From positions 12,707 through 76,706 of the forward strand of contig CAIUPO010000107.1 of the NCBI GenBank assembly GCA_903901055.1: DNA of 64,000 nucleotides, given 5' to 3'. Positions 25,541-35,943 of this stretch are shown here, piece by piece. The stretch is from an uncultured Bacteroidota bacterium. Lineage in GTDB: Bacteria > Bacteroidota > Bacteroidia > JABEUT01. Position 1 is the stretch's first letter; each line of letters begins with the position of its first letter. The notes under the pieces are model-generated. The model searched no databases and was not told where the DNA came from. It was given only the letters and a program-made list of their open reading frames with translations. The position numbers and the translations under genes were made by a program.

Positions 25541-26683
25541 TTACTTTTTACCTTTCCCGGCTTTTTTAACAACCTTTTTAGGTGCTGGTTTCTTTTTAGC
25601 CGGAGCAGGCTTGCTCTTTTTAACAACAGGTTTCTTTTTTACAGGAACCGGTTTGCTTTTTTTGGCAGCAGGCTTACTTTTTTTGGCAGCAGGTTTCTTT
25701 TTAGCCGGAACTGGTATAGGTTTTTTAACAACCGGTTGTACTTTCTTTGCCACAGGCTTAGGTGCCGATGCAACTGGCTTTACTTCCGGTTTTTTAGGAG
25801 CAGGTTTAGCTACAGCAATAGGTTTAGCTACAGGTTTTTCCTCTGCTTTAGGTGCTACAATTACTTTTGGAGCAGCCGGTTTCGGAGCTTTTTTAGGTTT
25901 TGGGGCCTTACCAATATCTGCAAATGGATTATCTGAAAGTATGTACTCGCCACGTAAATAAAGGTCCATAGCCGATGCCATAGATGGTGAGTTAGGTTGA
26001 GGGGCAACTACATGAAGTTTTAACCCTGCGCCTGTAACCGCTTTGGCAGTCTGTTCGCCAAAAGCAGCAATTACAGTTTCGTTTTGCTTGTATTCAGGAA
26101 AGCTATTGTAAATGGAGTTAATACCTGCAGAACTAAATAGAACAAGCATATCGTACTCACCGAAATTAATGTCCTTGATATCGGAAAAAACAGCCCTGTA
26201 AAGAGGTGCTTTTACATATTTTATTCCATCCCTGTCAAGAAGGCTGGTATACTCTTCATTCGGAGCATCAGACATTGGCAGAATGTACTTGTCGTCTTTG
26301 TGCTTTTTGCGGATGATATCTACCAAATCAGCATAAGAGTGGTTGCTGAAAAATATTTTACGCTTGCGAAACTGGATATACTTCTGAAGGTAATAGGCAG
26401 TAGTTTCTGAAATGCAGAAATACTTCATTGTTTCAGGAACAATAATGCGCATTTCATTGCATACCCTGAAAAAGTGGTCGACCGCATTTTTGCTGGTCAT
26501 GATAACTGCCGTGTACGACAGGATATCAACGCGGTGCTTGCGGAATTCTTTTGCCGGGATTCCTTCCACTTGTACAAAGGGTCGGAATTCAATTTCTACT
26601 CCAAAATTTTTGGCGATTTCAAAATAGGGAGACCGTTCGAGTTCCGGTTTTGGCTGTGAAATCAGTATTTTTTTAATCTTCAT
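25541..26683 (-). CDS. uroporphyrinogen-III synthase (HemD)-like domain protein with a C-terminal ~150-aa Lys/Pro/Ala-rich histone-H1-like tail
   Basis: N-terminal ILISQPKPE...VEGIPAKEFRK...ILSYTAVIMTSKNAVDHFFRV resembles Bacteroidota HemD-like proteins. The C-terminus is made of KKPAPKK / AKKSKP repeats. Confidence 0.6.
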   Translation of the reverse strand: MKIKKILISQPKPELERSPYFEIAKNFGVEIEFRPFVQVEGIPAKEFRKHRVDILSYTAVIMTSKNAVDHFFRVCNEMRIIVPETMKYFCISETTAYYLQKYIQFRKRKIFFSNHSYADLVDIIRKKHKDDKYILPMSDAPNEEYTSLLDRDGIKYVKAPLYRAVFSDIKDINFGEYDMLVLFSSAGINSIYNSFPEYKQNETVIAAFGEQTAKAVTGAGLKLHVVAPQPNSPSMASAMDLYLRGEYILSDNPFADIGKAPKPKKAPKPAAPKVIVAPKAEEKPVAKPIAVAKPAPKKPEVKPVASAPKPVAKKVQPVVKKPIPVPAKKKPAAKKSKPAAKKSKPVPVKKKPVVKKSKPAPAKKKPAPKKVVKKAGKGKK

Positions 26684-26722
26684 TAACTGTGAACTTCCTT
26701 ACCAGTGATTGTTTGTAACAGA

Positions 26723-27379
26723 CTAGAAATTAAAACCCTTACTACATTCATACAAAAGCACAAGGGGAATAATTTCAAGGGCACAAAGATACAAAAATAA
26801 ATACATCACACTTAAACCCCTGTTCATCATAAGAATAAACATTTTTATCGTTCTGTAAGCCATGAATAAGGCTACAAGGGCCAAAATAATCTTTTCGAAC
26901 AGGGCTTCATTGATGTTTCCGGCGTAGGAAGCAACAATTAAAGCCGGAAACAGGCCTAACGCAGCCAGATGGGAAGTGGCGTAAATTTCATTTATATAGT
27001 CACGTGCCTCAACCTGCACCTGAAAAACGGCTCCGCAAATCAAAAGTGCAATGGTTTTCAGGAGGTAGTAAACGAGTAAGGCAAGGCTAAAAAGTAAAAA
27101 TTCTTCAATATGGTTAAAGCGTGATTGAAGCCCATGAAAATGAAAAGCCCTGAGTCCTAGCAGAGAAGTGGAACAGATAAAAATGAAAAACAGCGCTATC
27201 GAATCCAGTGTAATAGTTTTTTCCTCGGTTGTGCCTCCTGTGAAAAAACCTGTAACTAAAGAAGGTAATTTTTTGGGGTTGCTGATACGTACCCAGGCAA
27301 AAAGCAATAGACAGAATGCTAATAATAGTGTTACCCAAACTTCATGACTGGAGACCCGCAAAGTTGGAACAATGGACAT
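26723..27379 (-). CDS. DUF4271-like polytopic membrane protein
   Basis: 218 aa with about 6 TM helices. The pairing of HemD-like with this membrane protein is conserved in Bacteroidota. Confidence 0.45.
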   Translation of the reverse strand: MSIVPTLRVSSHEVWVTLLLAFCLLLFAWVRISNPKKLPSLVTGFFTGGTTEEKTITLDSIALFFIFICSTSLLGLRAFHFHGLQSRFNHIEEFLLFSLALLVYYLLKTIALLICGAVFQVQVEARDYINEIYATSHLAALGLFPALIVASYAGNINEALFEKIILALVALFMAYRTIKMFILMMNRGLSVMYLFLYLCALEIIPLVLLYECSKGFNF

Positions 27380-27467
27380 GAAATTGATTTAGAATGCAAA
27401 ATTAGGAATAAAATAATCGCCACAGATTCACAGATTAAGATAATCAGTGAATCTATGGCTCATTCCA

Positions 27468-28709
27468 TTAAAAAGTCACTTGCAATGTAACCTCCTTGCC
27501 ATCACGAATTACAATAACGTTCGTGGTTTCGTCCTTTTTGAATTTCCCTAAGGCATTCATATAATCCATCATGGTGCCGATTTTGTTGTCGCCAAGTTGA
27601 ATTACTATGTCACCCTTTTGCACCCCTGCTTTAAATGCGGGTTTGCCTTCGGTAACACCATCAACGCGCATACCTTTTCCTTCAAAAGTATAGTCGGGCA
27701 TAACGCCCATTGTGATCTTTCTTCCGCCATGCCTGCCCATTTCAGGGTTTTTGGTGGTTAGGAATTTCAATTTAGGTTTTCCGTCAATTACGTTTAGTAC
27801 CTTGATAATATATTCCAACACCATTTTTTCACCGTCGTAATTTATTTTGCTTGCAACATCGGTTGGCTTGTGGTAGTCGGCATGCTGACCAGTGAAGAAG
27901 AAAATAACCGGAACATTTTTAAGGTAAAAAGATGTTTGGTCGGACGGGCCAATTCCTGCTGAGTCCTTTTTAATAGAGAATTTAGTAGGAATAGAATCAA
28001 TTATATGAACAAGGTCCGGTGCGGTGCCAACACCATATACAATAAGTTTTTTAGTAGAATCATTCAACCTTCCAATCATATCCATATTAAGCATGATGTC
28101 CACTTTCGATAAATCAATGGTCGGGTTTTCGCAATATTTTTTAGAACCGAATAACCCTAATTCTTCACCGGAAAAACAGATGAACAAATAATTGTAATGA
28201 AGTTTTTGTTTGGTGGTTGTGTAATACCGGGCAAGCTCCAACACGCCTGCCACACCGGATGCATTATCATCTGCACCGGGATGTATTTTTCCTTCCGGGT
28301 TTGCATCCAATGAATTTTTATCGTAACCCAATCCAAGATGGTCGAGGTGAGCGCCAATTACAATGGTATTTTCAGCACCGTTATCAAGGTAACCTACTAC
28401 ATCTAATCCTGTCCTGTCGGTTCCATGCCCGGGAATAGTATCCGTTTTATCTGAATTATATTTATTATGAAAATGATAATAATATGAACCGGAGGTATCT
28501 CCTTTTGGAGCAAGTTTATATTCCTTAAATTTTTTTGCAATGTAATCGGCAGCCATCTTTTCACCGGGTGAAGAAGTGCCTCTGCCCTGCAATTTTTCAT
28601 CGGCGAGATAATAGATGGTGGCTTTGATATTAGCGGTACTGATTACTTGTCCTTTTACCAAAAAGGATATGAAAAGGAAAGAAGCAAAGAAAAGATAGTT
28701 GCGTTTCAT
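27468..28709 (-). CDS. M28-family zinc peptidase with C-terminal PDZ domain
   Basis: Signal peptide. M28 metal ligands (GAHLDHLG, GADDNASGVAGVLELAR, EELGLFGS, NMDMIGR). C-terminal GVQKGDIVIQLGDNKI PDZ. Confidence 0.7.
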   Translation of the reverse strand: MKRNYLFFASFLFISFLVKGQVISTANIKATIYYLADEKLQGRGTSSPGEKMAADYIAKKFKEYKLAPKGDTSGSYYYHFHNKYNSDKTDTIPGHGTDRTGLDVVGYLDNGAENTIVIGAHLDHLGLGYDKNSLDANPEGKIHPGADDNASGVAGVLELARYYTTTKQKLHYNYLFICFSGEELGLFGSKKYCENPTIDLSKVDIMLNMDMIGRLNDSTKKLIVYGVGTAPDLVHIIDSIPTKFSIKKDSAGIGPSDQTSFYLKNVPVIFFFTGQHADYHKPTDVASKINYDGEKMVLEYIIKVLNVIDGKPKLKFLTTKNPEMGRHGGRKITMGVMPDYTFEGKGMRVDGVTEGKPAFKAGVQKGDIVIQLGDNKIGTMMDYMNALGKFKKDETTNVIVIRDGKEVTLQVTF

Positions 28710-28818
28710 ACTAAGGGGAATTATTTGGTCGCAAAGATAGATTTATGAAAACACTTCAGATATGATTTTTCTCATTCAATGAATAAATGATAATTGTTCT
28801 TCTGAAAAAAAAGTATCC

Positions 28819-29364
28819 TCAAAATGGTATTTTGGAAAAGGAGCCCCAAAAAGGACCGGGAACCATATGGATACCCGTAAAATGTCCCGATATTTTTGAA
28901 GCAGCAGAATCATAAGAAGTAATATATAATGTAGCAGTATCAAAAGAAGTCGATATCGAACTCCATGGGACTGTAGATTTAAATGCGGTAAAATTTACAA
29001 GTAAATAATTCCCTGTCGAATAATCACCTAGTAGATATTTCCCCGCCTTTTTATGCGTTGTACTTATTATAACATTATAATATCCTGAACTACCATAAAT
29101 TTGCAATATAGAATCAGTTAAGTATCCATATCCTGGAAAATATCCAGCATAATTAAAGTACATTGAATCATGATAAATTGTTTTAACTGGGGTAGGCGGT
29201 ATGTTACGAAGTTGCATATTGATAGATAGATTTGGTGGTGCAATAGGTGATTTTTGCTCTGGTTGAATTTGCTTCTTTTCACAGCCACCTAATAAAACAA
29301 GACAAATTACGTATATGCCCTTGAATAAACTCCCAAATAAAAGAGTAATAGTCCCCTTTTTCAC
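28819..29364 (-). CDS. hypothetical lipoprotein
   Basis: Lipobox LLGGC. 181 aa with no recognisable domain. Confidence 0.35.
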   Translation of the reverse strand: MKKGTITLLFGSLFKGIYVICLVLLGGCEKKQIQPEQKSPIAPPNLSINMQLRNIPPTPVKTIYHDSMYFNYAGYFPGYGYLTDSILQIYGSSGYYNVIISTTHKKAGKYLLGDYSTGNYLLVNFTAFKSTVPWSSISTSFDTATLYITSYDSAASKISGHFTGIHMVPGPFWGSFSKIPF

Positions 29365-29426
29365 TTTCTAAATATTAGTACAAATATAGTAAAATAAAAA
29401 TGTTGAGTGTGTATATATGGGCTTAC

Positions 29427-32400
29427 TCAAAATTCAAACTTCGGTTCTTTTAAATCTATTTCAGGGAGTCCATCTGTCTTCAATCTTTTATTCAACGTTT
29501 TTAATTCAGCTATTAATACTCTCCAGCTTTTCCAAATTTTTTCAAACCTGTCATTAGCTGAAATGGCCTGTTCAATACATTGTGTTGTGGGCTCCATATC
29601 TGTAGTTTGTAACAAACCGAGGCATGTTTTTAATTGGTCATTAAGGGAGGCTCGGCCTTCCGGTATTCCATCCGTCAGCAAATGTTTTATCCACCCCAAT
29701 TTAAAGTAGCAAGTGTCGATATTGTTACGGAGGCTGTCCGGATTTTTTCCATTTAATTTATCGGGAAGTCCCTTTAACTGGGCTTGCCAGGTGTTTGCAT
29801 TTTGCAATATTTCAATAATTTTTTGTGCATCGTGATAACAGAGGACAGAATAATCATGTTGTTTTTCTAGTCCTGAAAAAGATGTTTTTACTCTTGGGTC
29901 CATTTTTACCGTGAGTGTTTGCATATATACTTTTCCATTCACCGTTAGTCGGACAGAATAATTGCCCGGCATTACCCAAGGGGAATTGGGTGCTGGTGCG
30001 GTTTCTCCAACCATGGCTGAAATAGGGTAGGAGGGTGGTAAATTCAATGGTGTATAATGCATGTCCCACAAAAAACGGTGCGAGCCTGAATCAGTGGAAA
30101 GTATTTGTTGAGGACGAACCCAATACAATGGAATATTTACATCAGGAATTTTATAAAGGCTATCGGTGCTGCTGTATTTCCGCATCATAACTCCGTTGGA
30201 ATCCATTATCGCCAAAGTAACTTCACCTGTGCTTTTCCCATGGATATAATAATCTATAATGGCACCATCCGGAGGATTTTTTCCGGCGGGTTCATCAGCA
30301 GGGAGAGGAGTGTCCGACCACATATCCCAACGTACTCTATAAGCATCTTCCGGTTTATAGAGAGTGGCTTTTTCTTTATAAATAGTTTTATCAATTTGCC
30401 TTAAAGATGTAATATCATCCAAAATCCAAAATGAACGGCCATGTGTTGCAACCACAAGGTCATTATCTTTAATTGTCAAATCACGAATAGATGTTGCAGG
30501 CATATTCAACCGCAATGATTGCCAATGGTCTCCATCATCAAATGAAACATATACGGCCCGTTCAGTTCCGGCAAACAACAAGCCTTTGCGGATAGGGTCT
30601 TCTTTCACAGAATTGATTGGTGCATCAGGTAAGCCGTTTACAATTTCCTTCCATGTTTTGCCTCCATCTTTTGTTCTGTAAATATGTGGGTGCTCATCAT
30701 TCAAGCGAATACAATTAACCGCGGCATATGCTTCATAAAGGTCTGTATGGCTTGCTTCGAGCATAGAAATTTTATTCCAGCTTTTTATTTCCGGGGGAGT
30801 AACATTATCCCATGAAGCGCCACCATTATATGTTCTATGAATTAAACCATCATCGGTCCCTGCCCAAATCCAATTTGAGTTGCCCGGACAAATGGCCAGT
30901 GAATAGATTACTCCCCGCCTTTTCATCGTTTTCATGGAATCATTAGTGTATATTCCTACCGAAGCAGGTATAACATATTCTTCTCGGGTGAGGTCAGGAG
31001 AAATAACATCCCAGGAACTACCCCCATCCTCAGATTTAAAAACTACATTTCCCGCGAAGTAAAGCGTATTAATATATTGCGTGGAAAATACAATTGGCGC
31101 AGTTCGAAGAAATCTATATTTTCCATTATGACAATCCGGAGTAATGTCTTGTGACTGTCCTGTGCGCTTGTCATACTTAGAAATTTTTCCACCGTAAATA
31201 ATATTAGGGTCTGATGGGTCGGCAACTACATATCCCCATTCTTCAGCAGCAACAGGATGCCAGTCGTGAAATGTTATTTGCCCGTCATTACTTCGTGATG
31301 CAACACCTGCGGAGCCGCTTTCTTGTTGAGCTCCCAACACATTATACGGAAAAGCATTATCAGTACTTACATGGTAAAACTGCGCTGTTGGCTGATTGTA
31401 CCACGAACTCCAAGTCCTGCCACCATTCACAGTAACTGCTGCACCCTGATCTCCGGCTAATAAAATTACGTCGGAATTTTCCGGATTAATCCACAAACGA
31501 TGATAATCATCCCCACCCGGCGCACCTTTCCAGCCATTCCATGTTTTACCACCATCCAAAGATTTCCATGTAACAACGTTTACGTCATACACAATATCAG
31601 CATTTTTCGGGTCCGCTTTTATTTCCGCAAAATCATCACCACGGTCCCAATAACGAATATCATTACTCATCAAGGTCCAAGATTCACCTGCATCATCGCT
31701 GCGATAAATCCCCCCTTGTTTTTGGGAACTTACAACAGAGTACATACGGTTGGTGTTTGATGGCGCAATGCAAAAACCAATTCTGCCCAGACCTTCATTT
31801 TTTCCCGGTAATCCTTTTTCCAATTTCTTCCATGTTGAGCCACCATCAATGGATTTGAAGAGTCCGCTATTCGGGCCTGTAAACTCGCCATTCTCCCAAG
31901 GCCCCTGACGTGCTTCAAAAATATCAGCATAAATAATATCTGAATTTTTCGGGTCAATGGTAACTTGAATTGCTCCGGAATTTTCGTCTATATAAAAAAC
32001 CTTTGTCCAAGTTATACCTCCATCAATACTGCGGTAAACGCCGCGCTCTGTGTTAGGTCCGTACGGATGCCCTAATACAGCAGCAAAAACCCGATTTTCA
32101 TTTTTCGGATCAATGGCAAGGCCGCCAATCTGGTATCCATCTGCAAGTCCGAGGTGCTTCCATGTTTTGCCTCCATCAATGGATTTGTACATACCATCGC
32201 CAACGGATAAATCAGGACGCTGAACACCTTCGCCGCTGCCTACATAAATTACATTCGGGTTAGATTGTGAGACTGCTACATCACCAATTGACCCTGTAGG
32301 CATACTGTCAAAAATGGGTTGCCATGTTCTGCCATAATCATCACTTTTCCAAACACCACCATCATTAACGCCCATGTAAAACATATTCGGATGACCGATT

Positions 32401-32567
32401 ACACCGGTTGCACCAATGGTCCGCCCACCGCGGAAAGGGCCGATGCAACGCCACTTCATACAATTGAAAAGGGAAGGATTGTATGGCTGCGCCGAAAGAG
32501 TAGAAAGGGAAAAGTAGAAAGTAGAAAGGAAAGGCAGAACAAAATATTTTTTTAATCGCGAATGCAT
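29427..32567 (-). CDS. BNR/Asp-box repeat (sortilin/VPS10-like, GH74-like fold) secreted protein
   Basis: 1046 aa with a signal peptide and at least 10 S.DGG.TW Asp-box motifs (SIDGGKTWKHL, SIDGGITWTKV, SLDGGKTWNG, TKDGGKTWKE ...). Confidence 0.6.
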   Translation of the reverse strand: MHSRLKKYFVLPFLSTFYFSLSTLSAQPYNPSLFNCMKWRCIGPFRGGRTIGATGVIGHPNMFYMGVNDGGVWKSDDYGRTWQPIFDSMPTGSIGDVAVSQSNPNVIYVGSGEGVQRPDLSVGDGMYKSIDGGKTWKHLGLADGYQIGGLAIDPKNENRVFAAVLGHPYGPNTERGVYRSIDGGITWTKVFYIDENSGAIQVTIDPKNSDIIYADIFEARQGPWENGEFTGPNSGLFKSIDGGSTWKKLEKGLPGKNEGLGRIGFCIAPSNTNRMYSVVSSQKQGGIYRSDDAGESWTLMSNDIRYWDRGDDFAEIKADPKNADIVYDVNVVTWKSLDGGKTWNGWKGAPGGDDYHRLWINPENSDVILLAGDQGAAVTVNGGRTWSSWYNQPTAQFYHVSTDNAFPYNVLGAQQESGSAGVASRSNDGQITFHDWHPVAAEEWGYVVADPSDPNIIYGGKISKYDKRTGQSQDITPDCHNGKYRFLRTAPIVFSTQYINTLYFAGNVVFKSEDGGSSWDVISPDLTREEYVIPASVGIYTNDSMKTMKRRGVIYSLAICPGNSNWIWAGTDDGLIHRTYNGGASWDNVTPPEIKSWNKISMLEASHTDLYEAYAAVNCIRLNDEHPHIYRTKDGGKTWKEIVNGLPDAPINSVKEDPIRKGLLFAGTERAVYVSFDDGDHWQSLRLNMPATSIRDLTIKDNDLVVATHGRSFWILDDITSLRQIDKTIYKEKATLYKPEDAYRVRWDMWSDTPLPADEPAGKNPPDGAIIDYYIHGKSTGEVTLAIMDSNGVMMRKYSSTDSLYKIPDVNIPLYWVRPQQILSTDSGSHRFLWDMHYTPLNLPPSYPISAMVGETAPAPNSPWVMPGNYSVRLTVNGKVYMQTLTVKMDPRVKTSFSGLEKQHDYSVLCYHDAQKIIEILQNANTWQAQLKGLPDKLNGKNPDSLRNNIDTCYFKLGWIKHLLTDGIPEGRASLNDQLKTCLGLLQTTDMEPTTQCIEQAISANDRFEKIWKSWRVLIAELKTLNKRLKTDGLPEIDLKEPKFEF

Positions 32568-32654
32568 AAGGTAGATTTTAAATTCAAAGGTATTATTTTC
32601 TCTTTTGAATATGTATAAAGAGTAGCTTTGTCGAATAACCCCAAATCATAATCT

Positions 32655-33185
32655 ATGAAAACCTCAATCAGATTTTTGCAATTATTGGCCATTATTTGTG
32701 TAGCAATCTCATGTACACACTTGTCCAACGATGATATGTTGGGCAGCTATAAAGGATTGTCGAAAGGTATGTTATTTTGGTCTAAAACAAATGTTGGCAT
32801 ACCTGATGCTTCCATTGATTCTAAAGAGGAACGGGTGCTGAATTTCAAAAAAAATGAAAAGGGAGAATTCTATTTTGAAAATAAAAACGGAGTCGTTATC
32901 AAGGTGACAAATGCTACTTCTATTGCTGATGGGATAACATTTAATATTCCGAAGCAAATGGTGAGGGGTACTGGAGAGGATTCGACCACCAGAAGTGAAT
33001 TAGCCGGTTTGATGGAATATACACTTGGAGGAACAAAATGCGATGGCTATTTCGACCGCAAGAATAATACTGTATCACTATCGTTTGCAGGTACATTAAT
33101 TGTAAAAGTAGACACTGCCATTTTAAGTGTGCCTTTTAATACCTCGTATCCCGCATTTCCAAGGGTGAAAGAGGGAGGCAAATAA
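32655..33185 (+). CDS. hypothetical lipoprotein
   Basis: Signal peptide with Cys (AISCTH). 176 aa. Confidence 0.35.
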   Translation: MKTSIRFLQLLAIICVAISCTHLSNDDMLGSYKGLSKGMLFWSKTNVGIPDASIDSKEERVLNFKKNEKGEFYFENKNGVVIKVTNATSIADGITFNIPKQMVRGTGEDSTTRSELAGLMEYTLGGTKCDGYFDRKNNTVSLSFAGTLIVKVDTAILSVPFNTSYPAFPRVKEGGK

Positions 33186-33208
33186 TTCGCTTTTGCAAAG
33201 CAAAGCGA

Positions 33209-33910
33209 CTATTTCCTGACAGATAGTCTAAATCCAACACTATGAATGTTTTCAATCTGAACCGTTGCGTCTTTCTGCAAAAATTTCCGCAACCTTGAAA
33301 TGAATACATCCAGGCTTCTTCCCATAAAGTAATCGTCATCACCCCACACAGACCGCAGTATTTCTTCCCGTTTAAGTATTTTGTCTTTGTTCATGCAGAA
33401 ATACCTGAGTAATTCTGCTTCTTTCATAGTTAAAATAGTTTTTTGTTTTCCAGAAATCAAAGATAAATTGTTAAAGCTAAACGTATAACTGCCTATTTCA
33501 AAAATAGTTTCAGTTTTTCCGGTTGATTCTGCTTTTCTGCTTCGTTTCAGGAAAACTTCAATGCGCAAAATCAATTCTTCAATGCTGAAAGGTTTGGTGA
33601 TGTAATCATCTGCTCCGGTTTGAAAACCTGTAATCTTATCTTCCTTCATAGTCTTTGCTGTGAGAAAGATAATGGGGATGTCATTATTTATTTTCCGAAT
33701 CTCTTTTGCAAGGGTGAATCCATCCATTTCAGGCATCATAATATCAAGTATACACAAATCAAATTTTCCTTTTTTGAAATTTTCCAAACCCTTTTTACCA
33801 TCTTCGCAAAAAGTGGTGGAATACCCATTCAAATTAAGATTGTCGGTTGTGACGAATCCAAGATTCACATCGTCCTCTACATAAAGTATACTAGCTTTTG
33901 AATCTTTCAT
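33209..33910 (-). CDS. OmpR/PhoB-family DNA-binding response regulator
   Basis: Receiver (ILYVEDD...LDIMMPEMDG) plus winged-helix C-terminus (LSVRK). Confidence 0.8.
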   Translation of the reverse strand: MKDSKASILYVEDDVNLGFVTTDNLNLNGYSTTFCEDGKKGLENFKKGKFDLCILDIMMPEMDGFTLAKEIRKINNDIPIIFLTAKTMKEDKITGFQTGADDYITKPFSIEELILRIEVFLKRSRKAESTGKTETIFEIGSYTFSFNNLSLISGKQKTILTMKEAELLRYFCMNKDKILKREEILRSVWGDDDYFMGRSLDVFISRLRKFLQKDATVQIENIHSVGFRLSVRK

Positions 33911-33911
33911 G

Positions 33912-35174
33912 CTATACAGGTATTACCAGTGTAAAGGTACTCCCTTTGCCGAATTCACTATCCACTTTTATTTTCCAGTGATGAAGTTTTGCAATACTCT
34001 TTACATAACTCAAACCAAGTCCAAATCCTTTTACGTTATGGATATTTCCGGAGGGCACACGGAAAAATTTGTCAAATATTTTCTTAAGATATTCCTTCTT
34101 TATACCAATACCGTTATCGGCAACTGACAATAAAAGTTTGTTCCCTTCATTAATTGTCGATACAGTCACTGCAGGTGATTGAGTTGAATATTTAACCGCA
34201 TTATCCAGCAGATTGAAAATTACATTCGTGAGGTGGTGTTTGTCTGCAAGGATGTGAAAGTTGGACGCCGAAAGGTTTAATTCTATTTCACCCTTATTGT
34301 TTTTTGCATTCACATTAAAACTATCCGCGATGGATTTTATAAGGTCATGAAGATCTATGTTTTCTTTGTTCAACTGGAATTCCCTTCTTTCAGCTTTAAC
34401 CGTCTGTAGTACCCGTTCCACCTGCATATTCAGGCGTGCAGCTTCGTCATGAATTATTCCGGAATAGGTGAAAAGTCGTTCAGGGGTATTGATTATATCG
34501 GGATGGGAAATTGTTTCAGATGCAATAGCAATTGTAGAAATGGGCGTTTTAAATTCGTGTGTCATATTATTAATAAAATCACGCTGGACCTCGGAAAGCC
34601 TTCGCTGGCGAAGGATAATGAATAATGCATAGGAGAGAAAAATAATTACAAAAAGTAAAATTAGGGAGGTAAAAATCCAGTTATCCATTTTACTTGTAAT
34701 GTAGGAAGAACGCTCAGGGAAATAAATAACAAAATAGTAAGTAAGTTTATCCATCTTGGGTAAAGCCTTAATGGGCTTATTCTCCACCACACCTTTTGAA
34801 CTCACATAATTTCCATACACCATTTTATCGCTGCTGCAATCATAAATCCCATATTCGAAATCGGTGTTGATTCCCATTTTTTGAAACTCGCTGATAAGGT
34901 AATATTGTAGCGTTTTAGCATCAATGGTGTTATTCAGATTTACGGCGTAATAGTCCGTAGAGATTTGATTGATGAGGTCCGTTGATGGCAATGAAAATTG
35001 TCCGTAATCAGCCATCTTTTCCGCTACGTTTCGTAATGCAATCTGAATGGTTTGATTGAATTGCTTTTCTTTCAAGTCAAATGCTTTGCGCACCCAATAA
35101 ATCTGAATAAGAATAATACCGGCTATGGAAATAGCGCCAAGAAGTACAATATATCGGATTGTATTTTTTCTCAC
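33912..35174 (-). CDS. sensor histidine kinase
   Basis: Two TM helices, H-box NMTHEFKTPIS, and HATPase_c motifs (DNGIGI, GFGLGLSYV). Confidence 0.8.
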   Translation of the reverse strand: MRKNTIRYIVLLGAISIAGIILIQIYWVRKAFDLKEKQFNQTIQIALRNVAEKMADYGQFSLPSTDLINQISTDYYAVNLNNTIDAKTLQYYLISEFQKMGINTDFEYGIYDCSSDKMVYGNYVSSKGVVENKPIKALPKMDKLTYYFVIYFPERSSYITSKMDNWIFTSLILLFVIIFLSYALFIILRQRRLSEVQRDFINNMTHEFKTPISTIAIASETISHPDIINTPERLFTYSGIIHDEAARLNMQVERVLQTVKAERREFQLNKENIDLHDLIKSIADSFNVNAKNNKGEIELNLSASNFHILADKHHLTNVIFNLLDNAVKYSTQSPAVTVSTINEGNKLLLSVADNGIGIKKEYLKKIFDKFFRVPSGNIHNVKGFGLGLSYVKSIAKLHHWKIKVDSEFGKGSTFTLVIPV

Positions 35175-35210
35175 AGTGCTAATTTAGCCTGATTTCCGCA
35201 TCTACGTGTT

Positions 35211-35256
35211 TTCATTAACAGTTCATTAACAAATATTGGCAACTCATTAACAGGGG
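35211..35256. promoter_or_regulatory. three TTCATTAACA direct repeats (starts 35211, 35222, 35244) plus TAACAGGGG in the divergent HK / DUF1573 promoter region
   Basis: TTCATTAACAgTTCATTAACAaatattggcaacTCATTAACAGGGG. A partial copy (ACATTAACA..TTCATTAATA..CTAACAGGGG) lies upstream of the second DUF1573 gene at 35843..35880. Confidence 0.45.
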
Positions 35257-35307
35257 ATGCTTGTATGGTGAACTAAGTTTGCCTCAACAAATTAAAAACA
35301 AAACGTT

Positions 35308-35772
35308 ATGAAAAAATTAATCTTACCAATCGCGATGTTCCTAAGCATAGCATTTGCCGGAAACATGAAAGCGCAAGAAATTGCAGCTGACCCTAATGCA
35401 CCTATAATTACCTTTCAAGTGGATACCATTGATTATGGTACTATTCCGCACAATGCTGATGGATACCGCTCATTTAAATTTACCAATACAGGTAAAGAGC
35501 CGTTGATGATTAAAGAGACCCATGGTTCATGCGGATGCACTGTGCCTACTGCACCCAAAGAGCCAATTCAACCGGGACAAAGTGGAGAAATTAAAGTTCA
35601 CTACGCTACCGACAGAATAGGTCAATTCTTCAAGAATGTAACAGTAACAAGTAATGCATCAAATTTTTCAAAAATTGTTTATATAAAAGGGAATGTATTG
35701 CCAGATCCTGCAACTGCGCAGGGCACTCCAAATACTCCTCCAAAGCCGACAGTTCCAGCGGCAGGCCACTAA
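35308..35772 (+). CDS. DUF1573-domain secreted protein, paralog 1
   Basis: Signal peptide. DYGTIPHNADGYRSFKFTNTGKEPLMIKETHGSCGCTVP...GQSGEIKVHY matches the DUF1573 signature (..SCGCT..). Confidence 0.6.
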   Translation: MKKLILPIAMFLSIAFAGNMKAQEIAADPNAPIITFQVDTIDYGTIPHNADGYRSFKFTNTGKEPLMIKETHGSCGCTVPTAPKEPIQPGQSGEIKVHYATDRIGQFFKNVTVTSNASNFSKIVYIKGNVLPDPATAQGTPNTPPKPTVPAAGH

Positions 35773-35943
35773 ATTTGCTTTTCATGACAGGCGGGGGCAG
35801 CTATTAAATTAGCTACTCCCGTTTTTTATTTTATAACGTTTTACATTAACATTTCATTAATAAATATTGGCTAACAGGGGAAACTTGTATTGAACAGTAT
35901 GTTTGCCTCATCAACTAATTATTAATCTTTAAATTTTAACGTT

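Noticed and set aside
25496-25961. Two overlapping plus-strand ORFs (146 and 142 aa) rich in F/R/L/G
   Set aside because: They are shadow frames of the Lys/Pro/Ala-repeat tail of the minus-strand HemD-like gene. Low-complexity DNA keeps the other frames open.
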